From: Telmatocola sphagniphila
GTDB lineage: Bacteria > Planctomycetota > Planctomycetia > Gemmatales > Gemmataceae
Assembly (NCBI RefSeq): GCF_018398935.1
Contig: NZ_CP074694.1
Location: 600,001 to 632,000, forward strand
DNA length: 32,000 nucleotides
Direction of reading: 5' to 3'
Shown here piece after piece: positions 15,759-23,430 of this stretch; the first letter of the stretch is position 1; every line of letters starts with the position of its first letter. Position numbers and translations under genes: made by a program. A model generated the notes under the pieces. That model made no database searches. It worked only from the letters and a program-made list of their open reading frames with translations, and was not told the origin of the DNA.

Positions 15759-18104
15759 TTGAGAATCTTTCCTAGGGGATCTACATCCTTGCGTAGCCGT
15801 GAAGAATTGGCCTTCGATTACCTGGGCACACTGCCTTATTCCCCCTATCCGCTTCAGGAGGAAGCCGTTCTCAAATGGTTCGAGAGCGAGCAAGGGGTGA
15901 TGGTCTGCGCCCCCACGGGAACGGGTAAAACTCTGATCGCCCAGTCCGTTCTTTTCGAAGCCCTCCAGACCGGCAAAACGGCCTACTACACCACGCCGTT
16001 AATCGCACTGACCGAGCAGAAGTTCCACGAGATGCAGATACAGGCGGTGCGTTGGGGCTTTCAGCCAGAGGATGTTGGTCTGGTCACGGGAAACCGTAAG
16101 GTGAATCCGGATGCCAAGGTTCTGATCGTCGTGGCCGAGATTCTGCTCAATCGCTTATTGCATCCCGAGGGTTTCGATTTTTCCAAGGTGCTCGGCGTGG
16201 TGATGGATGAGTTCCACTCTTTTGCCGATCCGGAGAGAGGGATCGTCTGGGAGCTGAGTCTTTCGATGCTGCCGTCGAATGTGCGTCTGATGCTGCTCTC
16301 CGCGACGGTGGGTAATGCGCATGAGTTCATCCAGTGGTTGGAGCGCTGTCACAACCGCAAGATCGATTTGGTTCAAGGCTTCGAGCGAAAAATTCCTCTG
16401 ACGTATCATTGGGTTCCGGATCAATTTCTCGGTGAATTACTGGTCGATATGGCCAAAGGGGATGACAACACCCGCAAAACCCCGGCTCTGGTTTTTTGCT
16501 TCAATCGAGATGAATGCTGGTCGGTTGCCGAGATGATTAAAGGACTGGATGTGATGGCTCCGGGGCAGAGGGCCGCGCTAGCTGCCGAGGTCGATAAGCT
16601 CGAATGGAAAACCGGGGCCGGTCCCAAATTGATTCAAATGCTGCGTCGCGGCGTCGGCGTCCATCATGCGGGCGTTATGCCGATCTATCGACGGAAAATC
16701 GAGGAATTGTTCGAGAAAAAACTCCTTTCGGTGGCCGTTTGTACCGAAACGCTGGCGGCGGGGATCAATCTGCCGGCGCGCTCAGTCGTAGTTTCGAGTC
16801 TCATGAAAGGGCCCTTCGGGAAAGAAAAACTGATCGAGCCTAGCACGGCCCATCAGATTTTCGGCCGAGCGGGGCGGCCACAGTACGATACGCAGGGCCA
16901 CGTATTTGCGCTTCCGCATGAAGATGACGTTCGCATTTTGCGCTGGCGCAAACAGTACGATGCGATACCCGAGGACACCAAGGATCCGACTCTGATCAAA
17001 AAGAAAAAGGAGTTGAAACGCAAAAAGCCGGAGCGGAATTCCCAAAGGCAGTATTGGAATGAATCTTCATTTGAAAAATTGAAAACGGGCCCGGCTGCCC
17101 GGCTCTACTCCAAGGGACCGCTACCCTGGAGACTTTTGGCATATCTGTTGAAAGCTTCTCCCGATGTGGATCGCATTCGAACGGTCGTCCGCAAGCGACT
17201 GCTCGACCAGCCAAGAATCGTGGCTGGCGAAAAGCAGTTGATAACCATGCTCCTCACCCTTCACGATGCCGGGTATGTGAAACTCGAGCCTGATGTGATT
17301 CGTAACGAGGTGGGAAAAGTCGACGAAAATTATCAGCCGATTCTGGCTCATCCCACACCCGCGATGGATCGCCTTCTCGCATTCCGAGCGGTTCACCCGC
17401 TTTATGGTTCCTTCCTGGTCGATCTGCTGGGCAAAGCCGATGCCGATGAACGGATTCAGGCGTTCGAAAGCGTACTCGAATTACCCCGTCCGTTACTGAA
17501 ATACGTGCGCGTCCCCTGGGAAGTTAAACCGGGAATCCTGGAAACGACATTTTTACGCCCGCAACTGGAGCAATTGGGGCTATTGAAAGTCAATATTCCC
17601 AAGGAGCCGAGCGAAGAAACGGATGAAGAGGAAATTGAGGAAGAATGGCCCGAGGAACGAGAGCCCAATTTTGCGGAAAAATTGTTTCTCTACTTCGAGG
17701 CGAAGCATCCGGCAGTCCATGATGTGACCGTACTACCGGTGTGGGCGGCGGCCGAAGTGTTCCGGTACGACGGGGATTTCAATCGCTATGTCAAGCAACG
17801 CGATCTCATTCGGCAGGAAGGGATAATTTTTCGACATCTGCTGCGGCTGATTCTTCTTTTGGAAGAATTTCTGGAAGTTATACCAGAAGGGGTCGAGTCG
17901 AGTCTCTGGCAGAACGATTTAAGAAAAATCGGCAGCGACTTGGAGGAGATCTGTCGGAAAGTGGATCCGACCAGCACCGAAGAGGCCATCCAGAGAGCTC
18001 ACACGAAAGATCTCGTCGTCGATGAAAAACAGATTCAGGTGGTCGCCGAAACGGTAATCGGGGACAAATTTGAAGCACCGGCCAATTTCGGTGAAGGATT
18101 ATAG
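15759..18104 (+). CDS. Ski2-like DEAD/DEAH-box (SF2) helicase, possibly DUF3516-type
   Basis: Q-motif-like PYPLQEEAV; motif I CAPTGTGKT; motif II VVMDEFH; motif III LSAT; motif VI QIFGRAGR. The C-terminal half of roughly 330 aa has an acidic insert (EETDEEEIEEEWPEE). It resembles, from memory only, the DUF3516 helicase class. The start must be non-ATG (TTG at 15759/15789/15807) because no in-frame ATG precedes motif I. Confidence 0.88.
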   Translation: MRIFPRGSTSLRSREELAFDYLGTLPYSPYPLQEEAVLKWFESEQGVMVCAPTGTGKTLIAQSVLFEALQTGKTAYYTTPLIALTEQKFHEMQIQAVRWGFQPEDVGLVTGNRKVNPDAKVLIVVAEILLNRLLHPEGFDFSKVLGVVMDEFHSFADPERGIVWELSLSMLPSNVRLMLLSATVGNAHEFIQWLERCHNRKIDLVQGFERKIPLTYHWVPDQFLGELLVDMAKGDDNTRKTPALVFCFNRDECWSVAEMIKGLDVMAPGQRAALAAEVDKLEWKTGAGPKLIQMLRRGVGVHHAGVMPIYRRKIEELFEKKLLSVAVCTETLAAGINLPARSVVVSSLMKGPFGKEKLIEPSTAHQIFGRAGRPQYDTQGHVFALPHEDDVRILRWRKQYDAIPEDTKDPTLIKKKKELKRKKPERNSQRQYWNESSFEKLKTGPAARLYSKGPLPWRLLAYLLKASPDVDRIRTVVRKRLLDQPRIVAGEKQLITMLLTLHDAGYVKLEPDVIRNEVGKVDENYQPILAHPTPAMDRLLAFRAVHPLYGSFLVDLLGKADADERIQAFESVLELPRPLLKYVRVPWEVKPGILETTFLRPQLEQLGLLKVNIPKEPSEETDEEEIEEEWPEEREPNFAEKLFLYFEAKHPAVHDVTVLPVWAAAEVFRYDGDFNRYVKQRDLIRQEGIIFRHLLRLILLLEEFLEVIPEGVESSLWQNDLRKIGSDLEEICRKVDPTSTEEAIQRAHTKDLVVDEKQIQVVAETVIGDKFEAPANFGEGL

Positions 18105-18152
18105 TGCACAGGATCAGGAAGTTTTCAGCCGAAAGGTCATAAGGATTAGAGT

Positions 18153-19520
18153 ATGGCGTTTTCCAAGAGTTCATCGGCCGAAAAACTGGCAGGGAACGTC
18201 TACATCTCGTTTTGGACCTGGATGTCGATTCTGGGTCTCTGCCTGTTAATCCTGGCGTCCGTTTATGTTTTTTTCGTGGAGGCGCCCCCCCCGCGAAAAC
18301 TCGTGATCGCTTCCGGCGTCCGCGAAGGGCAGTACTACAAATTCGCGCTGCGATACCAGCAGATTTTGTTGAAGCAGGGAATCGATGTCGAAGTGCGCGA
18401 AAGCAAAGGTTCGATCGAGAATCTGGAATGGTTGCTGGATGATTCGAAAGATGTGACCGTCGCCCTGGTTCAATCGGGTATTGCCGATCGGGCCAGCTGC
18501 GAAAATCTCAATGCGCTTTGTAGTCTGTATCGCGAACCTCTCTGGATTTTTCAGCAGGGCATGCCGACGGTCAATCAACTCAGTCAATTGATCGGGAAAC
18601 GCATTGCGATCGGTCCGGAAGGGAGCGGTACCCGGTCGGTCGCTCAGCAACTTCTGGCGATCAACGGAATCGATGAAAAGAATTCGCAACTTTTATCTGC
18701 CACGGGTACCGAGGCGGCCAGCTTGCTTCAGGAGAAGAAGATCGATGTGGTCTTTCTCGTCGCCAGTATCGAAGCCGTCTACGTTCGACAGTTACTGCAG
18801 GCGCCGGAAATTCAGATCCTCGAATTGTCGCAAAATCTCGCCTACTCCAAGCGCTTCCATTTCCTGTCGAGCATCACTCTGCCCGCGGGTTTGGTCGATC
18901 TGAAGGCAAACATTCCCTATAAGGATACGAAGATCATCGCTCCGACAGCGACTTTGATCGCTCGCAGATCGATGCACCCGGCCTTGATCGCCCTTCTGCT
19001 TGGAGCGGCAACCAAGGTGCACGGCGGAGGAGATTTGCTTTCCGCGGATGGCGAATTCCCGTCCAAGCAATTCGTCGACTTGCCGATGGACGAGGATGCG
19101 GAGCATTTCTTGAAATCGGGGCCGCCGTTTCTTCAGCGGTTCCTTCCATTCTGGCTGGCCACTTTCCTCGATCGCATGAAACTCATGATCATTCCCCTGG
19201 TCATGCTGCTGATGCCCCTGGTTCGAGCTACACCCCCCTTGATGCGTTGGCGAATTCGACGGCGAATTTACCGCTGGTATTCGCAGCTGCGGCACATCGA
19301 TCTGAAGATGTATGAAGGGATGTCGAGGGCCGAGGCCGAGCGAAATCTTCAGCGGCTGAGTCTCCTGGATCAGCAGGTGGCTTACGTGGAAATACCCTTA
19401 AGTTACATGGAAGAATATTACAACCTGCGGGTGCATCTGGATCTGGTGCACGATAGAGTTCTGGCTATTCTTTCTGAACAGAATTCGAAGATTCTAACGG
19501 GATCGCAGGAAAAGAAATGA
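18153..19520 (+). CDS. TAXI-family (TRAP-associated) solute-binding-like protein, membrane anchored
   Basis: N-terminal TM (ISFWTWMSILGLCLLILASVYVFF). This is followed by KLVIASGVREGQYYKFA...KGSIENL...VALVQSG...RIAIGPEGSGT, typical of the COG2358/TAXI binding fold. Two C-terminal hydrophobic segments (FLPFWLATFL, LMIIPLVMLLMPLV) and an Arg-rich helical tail follow. Confidence 0.65.
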   Translation: MAFSKSSSAEKLAGNVYISFWTWMSILGLCLLILASVYVFFVEAPPPRKLVIASGVREGQYYKFALRYQQILLKQGIDVEVRESKGSIENLEWLLDDSKDVTVALVQSGIADRASCENLNALCSLYREPLWIFQQGMPTVNQLSQLIGKRIAIGPEGSGTRSVAQQLLAINGIDEKNSQLLSATGTEAASLLQEKKIDVVFLVASIEAVYVRQLLQAPEIQILELSQNLAYSKRFHFLSSITLPAGLVDLKANIPYKDTKIIAPTATLIARRSMHPALIALLLGAATKVHGGGDLLSADGEFPSKQFVDLPMDEDAEHFLKSGPPFLQRFLPFWLATFLDRMKLMIIPLVMLLMPLVRATPPLMRWRIRRRIYRWYSQLRHIDLKMYEGMSRAEAERNLQRLSLLDQQVAYVEIPLSYMEEYYNLRVHLDLVHDRVLAILSEQNSKILTGSQEKK

Positions 19521-19522
19521 GA

Positions 19523-19547
19523 GCCACCGCGCTCAAAGCGCGGCGGC
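19523..19547. terminator. Hairpin between convergent genes (possible bidirectional terminator)
   Basis: GCCACCGCGC-tcaaa-GCGCGGCGGC, a 10-bp stem with one mismatch, begins 3 nt after the stop at 19520. On the minus strand it is followed by the T-rich TCTCATTTCTTTTCC. On the plus strand only GTTTCCCGTT follows. Confidence 0.4.
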
Positions 19548-19778
19548 GTTTCCCGTTACTTCTTGGGCGACTCATGTATGAGAATGCACATCATCAACGT
19601 CGGTCCGCTTTCGGCTTTATCCGGCTCCCGGAAATCGAACTCGCTGTTGAAGTTGCATTCCATCGGACAAATACTGATGCGAGATGCCGATTTACGGCTC
19701 TAATTAGATGTGAAATAATCGTTCATTCGAACTAAAGGGGCATTGTTACAATCACTTTGATTGTGGCGAAGGGCGAGA

Positions 19779-20264
19779 TTACTCCACCGTAATCGACTGG
19801 TATTCCTTCGTCTTGCAGTCCAGGACGCCAATGGTTGGCACAGTCACCCGTTGAATGGCCCCCGGGTTAATTATCGTCGTCTTCCCGCGCTGTTCGATGC
19901 GCGCGATATGAGTGTGACCGTAAAAAACGAAATCCCACTTATCCAGATTCTCAAGATGGTGCAAAAGCTTTTTGTCGTGGCCGTGGGTCCAGGCGATTTG
20001 CAGGTTGTCGATCAGTAGTTGGCCCGAAAGACCGTGGAATTGGCCACCCGATACGGCGATGGCACTGGAAATTGCCTGCTCATTCATATCGCAGTTCCCG
20101 AGAACGGCATTGGTGGGGATGTTCTGGAAGAGCAAAGCCGTTTCCATGTTGGTCATGTCGCCACAATGGATCAAAAGCCCCACCTGGTTATCGCGGAAGA
20201 TTTTCAGAGCCTTTTCTACTCGCTCGGCGTTGTCGTGTGTATCGCTGATAATTCCAATCTTCAT
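19779..20264 (-). CDS. YfcE/MJ0936-family metallophosphoesterase
   Basis: Start placed at MKIGIISDTHDN (20264). Metallophosphoesterase motifs are present: DTHD, GDM (HCGDM), GNCD, HGH, GHTH. Confidence 0.85.
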   Translation of the reverse strand: MKIGIISDTHDNAERVEKALKIFRDNQVGLLIHCGDMTNMETALLFQNIPTNAVLGNCDMNEQAISSAIAVSGGQFHGLSGQLLIDNLQIAWTHGHDKKLLHHLENLDKWDFVFYGHTHIARIEQRGKTTIINPGAIQRVTVPTIGVLDCKTKEYQSITVE

Positions 20265-20287
20265 AAAGCACGCTAGGGTTCCAAAAC

Positions 20288-20749
20288 TCAATCGGGAGTA
20301 ACAATTCGACTATCGCCTCTCTTGGGACAATCAAAACGCATGCCAATATCATGCGCTCGAAAGCCTAAGCGGCTGTAGAACGGGACCAAATCCTGAAAAC
20401 AACTGAGAATCACTTTGTAACACCGTAAGTCGGTGGCCAACTGGTTGAGGTGTCGGATGAGTTCCGAGCCGACGCCTTTTCCATTATGATCGGGGTGCAC
20501 CGCGACATCCTCGATGTGGCCGATCATACCCCCTTTGTGAATATATTTTTGTTCCAGAATCAAACTCGCCGTACCAACGACCTTTCCGTCGATCACGGCC
20601 ACCAGCGTCCGCACGCCGGCCATGCACCGCACACGCCAGACCACGATCGCTTCTTCCGCACTTAAATCGGTTTTGGACATATGATCCAAGGTTTCCAGAA
20701 ATCCCTTCTGAAAATCGCCGATTTCCAATTCTCTTATCGTTATGGCCAT
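20288..20749 (-). CDS. GNAT acetyltransferase, GNA1-like (putative glucosamine-6-phosphate N-acetyltransferase)
   Basis: Aligns by eye along its full length with eukaryotic GNA1. LILEQKYIHKGGMIGHIEDVAVHPDHNGKGVGSELI...CYKVILSCFQDLVPFYSRLGF..HDIGMRFD compares with yeast IIIERKIIHELGLCGHIEDIAVNSKYQGQGLGKLLI...CYKIILDCDEKNVKFYEKCGFSNAGVEMQIR (recalled from memory). ATG 20749 is preferred over TTG 20758. Confidence 0.78.
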   Translation of the reverse strand: MAITIRELEIGDFQKGFLETLDHMSKTDLSAEEAIVVWRVRCMAGVRTLVAVIDGKVVGTASLILEQKYIHKGGMIGHIEDVAVHPDHNGKGVGSELIRHLNQLATDLRCYKVILSCFQDLVPFYSRLGFRAHDIGMRFDCPKRGDSRIVTPD

Positions 20750-20908
20750 AAAGTTCAAATCCTCATGCTATGCTTTAATACTGATGGCACAACTAGTTAA
20801 ATGGTTTGTAGCATATCAATTCAGGTGGGAGAAGAATTTCTCTTTCAGAAATTACCTGAGTAAGCTAATCGCCCGTTTGTGTCGTCCCAACAATTGAGAA
20901 ATCAAGCT

Positions 20909-22750
20909 ATGTGTGGAATTGTAGGCTACATCGGAAAAAAATCGGCAGAGCCCATCATGATTGAAGGGCTGAAACGATTAGAGTACCGCGGTTATGACAG
21001 TTCCGGCCTGGCCGTACTATCGGAGGGCAAGATTCACGTCCGAAAGAAGGCCGGGCGCGTTTCCAGGCTCAGCGAATTGTTGCAAAGCGAGCCGGTCAAA
21101 GGGCATGTTGGCATTAGCCATACCCGCTGGGCGACCCATGGCTCCGCCTCCGACACCAATGCTCACCCGCACCTCGGCGGATACGGGGAAAAGGAGGTGG
21201 CCGTGGTGCACAACGGCGTCATCGAAAATTATTCCACGCTCAAGAAGCAACTGGAAAATGAAGGGATCGTCTTCAAAAGCCAGACCGATACCGAAGTTAT
21301 AGCTCATCTGATCGCCAAAAATATGAATGGCGACCTCGCTGAGGCCGTTCGTCAAACGTTACCCTTGCTCAAGGGAACCTGGGGCCTGGCAGTCATCAGC
21401 GTGCAGAACCCGAACCTGCTGGTCGGCGCCCGGTTGGGAAGCCCGTTGGTACTGGGCATCGGCGAAGGGGAGCATTACCTCGCCAGTGATTCCAGTGCTT
21501 TAATCGGCCACACGCAAAAGGTGGTTTATCTGCAGGATCACGAATTGTGTCTGGTGACCGCGGATGACTGGAACGTCGAGAACGACCAATCCAGCCGGGT
21601 CGATTCGCCAATTCACTCGTTCGAATGGACGAATACCGAGACCGATCTCAACGGTTATCCCCACTACATGCTCAAAGAGATCTACGAACAGCCCGAATCA
21701 ATTGAAAATGCCATGCGCGGCCGCTTGAGCGATGAAGATGCCTCGGCTCACTTCGGCGGCTTGAATATCGATGCCCAGCGGTTACGGAGGGCGGAGCGTA
21801 TCATACTCACCGCCTGTGGAACCAGTTATCACGCTGGGATTGTCGGCGAATATCTTTTTGAAGAATTCGCCCGAATCCCTGTCGAAGTGGAGTACGCGAG
21901 CGAGTTTCGGTACCGCAATCCCCCCATGGATCAGAACACGATTGTAATCGCCATCACCCAATCGGGCGAGACGGCGGATACCCTGGCGGCTCTCCGGGAA
22001 TCCAAGCGAAAAGGGCACCCGGCCCTGGCGATCTGCAACGTTGTCGGTAGCACCATCGCCCGGGAAGCCGACGGTGGGGTTTATCTGCATGCCGGGCCGG
22101 AAATTGGCGTGGCTTCCACGAAAGCCTTCACCTCGCAAGTTACCGTTCTGACGCTACTGGCTCTTTACCTGGGACGGATGCGCCACCTTTCCTCGCTTCA
22201 AGGCACAAGGATGATTGAGGAACTGCGAAGAATCCCCGATGTGATCCGCAGGGCGCTCAAGTGCCACGATAAAGTGAAGCAAATCGCCGAGAAATATCAC
22301 CAGTACAACAACATGCTCTACATGGGTCGCCAGTATCTATTCCCAGTCGCACTGGAAGGGGCCTTAAAGCTTAAGGAAATCAGCTACATTCACGCGGAAG
22401 GCTATCCGGCGGCTGAAATGAAGCATGGTCCGATCGCCCTCGTGGACAAATCGACGCCTTCGATTTTCTTGGTGCCCAGCGGCTCGATCTTTGATAAAGT
22501 TATGAGCAATTTGGAAGAGGTGAAAGCTCGCGGCGGACCAATTATCGCCATAGCGACCGAGAATGACCCTAAAGCGGAATATATTGCCACCAAAGCGGAC
22601 GATGTCATTTTCATTCCCGATGTTCCGGAATATCTGCAACCGCTCGTTGCGGTCATCCCGCTGCAACTGTTTTCCTACCACGTGGCGCTGTTACGGGGCT
22701 GCGATGTGGATAAACCGCGAAATCTGGCGAAAAGCGTTACGGTGGAATAG
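20909..22750 (+). CDS. glmS: Glutamine--fructose-6-phosphate aminotransferase (isomerizing)
   Basis: Start placed at MCGIVGYIG (catalytic Cys2). Two SIS domains are present (ITQSGETADT; GPEIGVASTKAF), and the canonical C-terminus is DKPRNLAKSVTVE. Confidence 0.95.
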   Translation: MCGIVGYIGKKSAEPIMIEGLKRLEYRGYDSSGLAVLSEGKIHVRKKAGRVSRLSELLQSEPVKGHVGISHTRWATHGSASDTNAHPHLGGYGEKEVAVVHNGVIENYSTLKKQLENEGIVFKSQTDTEVIAHLIAKNMNGDLAEAVRQTLPLLKGTWGLAVISVQNPNLLVGARLGSPLVLGIGEGEHYLASDSSALIGHTQKVVYLQDHELCLVTADDWNVENDQSSRVDSPIHSFEWTNTETDLNGYPHYMLKEIYEQPESIENAMRGRLSDEDASAHFGGLNIDAQRLRRAERIILTACGTSYHAGIVGEYLFEEFARIPVEVEYASEFRYRNPPMDQNTIVIAITQSGETADTLAALRESKRKGHPALAICNVVGSTIAREADGGVYLHAGPEIGVASTKAFTSQVTVLTLLALYLGRMRHLSSLQGTRMIEELRRIPDVIRRALKCHDKVKQIAEKYHQYNNMLYMGRQYLFPVALEGALKLKEISYIHAEGYPAAEMKHGPIALVDKSTPSIFLVPSGSIFDKVMSNLEEVKARGGPIIAIATENDPKAEYIATKADDVIFIPDVPEYLQPLVAVIPLQLFSYHVALLRGCDVDKPRNLAKSVTVE

Positions 22751-22751
22751 G

Positions 22752-22811
22752 TTATGAAGATTGTCTAAATATTTATTGATCGGAAATTAACGGCCATCAA
22801 TTATGAAGATT
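22752..22811 (+). repeat. Exact 11-bp direct repeat TTATGAAGATT (two copies)
   Basis: Copies at 22752-22762 and 22801-22811 in the AT-rich glmS-sixA spacer. Confidence 0.85.
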
Positions 22812-22887
22812 CTTCACCGTAGGTAAATTCCAGTCCACGGATGGGATAGCAACTACTAGGATGGTCATAATCTGAGAGGATTATGCC

Positions 22888-23376
22888 ATGCGTTTATACA
22901 TTGTGCGTCACGCTGAGGCGGTGATGCTCGACGAAAAAGCTACGATAAAGGATGCAGATCGTCCGCTTACTCCCAAAGGTTTGGAGGATGCCCGGAAGGT
23001 CGCTCAGCATCTCAAATATGTCGGTTTGGAAAAACCCAAGATCATTTCGAGTCCGCTCCTGCGCTCGCGCCAAACCGCCGAGGTATTTCAAAGAACCTGG
23101 ACCCAACCTTTAAAAGCCTTGCAGTTCGACGATCGTCTGAAGCCGGGAGTCGATTGGAAGCCCTTGTTGGAATCGCTCCCGGCCGGTCGTTGGGAAAATG
23201 CCTGGCTGATAGGACATCAACCGGAACTGGGGCAGATTATCGGATGGTTGTTGGGCCGAAAGTCAGCGAAGATCCGTTTGAACAAAGGCTCGGTGGCTTG
23301 CCTGGATATTAAAGAAAAAGCAACCAAAGGAACCGGACGGTTGCGTTGGCTGCTCGATCCGGAATTGCTGCTCTGA
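22888..23376 (+). CDS. sixA: Phosphohistidine phosphatase SixA
   Basis: MRLYIVRHAEA (RHG-type catalytic His), RPLTPKG, SSPLLRSRQTAE and LIGHQPEL in a 162-aa protein. This is typical of the SixA branch of the histidine phosphatase superfamily. Confidence 0.8.
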   Translation: MRLYIVRHAEAVMLDEKATIKDADRPLTPKGLEDARKVAQHLKYVGLEKPKIISSPLLRSRQTAEVFQRTWTQPLKALQFDDRLKPGVDWKPLLESLPAGRWENAWLIGHQPELGQIIGWLLGRKSAKIRLNKGSVACLDIKEKATKGTGRLRWLLDPELLL

Positions 23377-23399
23377 TTTTAAAGATCGCTATAACTTGA

Positions 23400-23422
23400 C
23401 TGCCCTGGTTACTTCAGGGCAG
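23400..23422. terminator. Perfect hairpin between convergent sixA and the 312-aa gene
   Basis: CTGCCCTG-gttactt-CAGGGCAG, an 8-bp perfect stem, lies in the 54-bp convergent spacer. There is no adjacent U-tract on either strand, so terminator function is uncertain. Confidence 0.3.
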
Positions 23423-23430
23423 CCGATCCT

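Noticed and set aside
18284-18292. Run of eight C residues near the 5' end of the TAXI-like gene, considered as a phase-variation tract.
   Set aside because: It encodes Pro-Pro-Pro in frame. A C8/G8 run is expected about once by chance in 32 kb at this composition. There is no supporting evidence of slippage.
20759-20908. Possible glmS ribozyme or riboswitch upstream of glmS.
   Set aside because: The divergent spacer is only 150-159 nt and must also hold two promoters. I could not find the conserved glmS ribozyme core or its nested pseudoknot-forming GC-rich helices. Only a 6-bp TATGCT/AGCATA inverted repeat is present.
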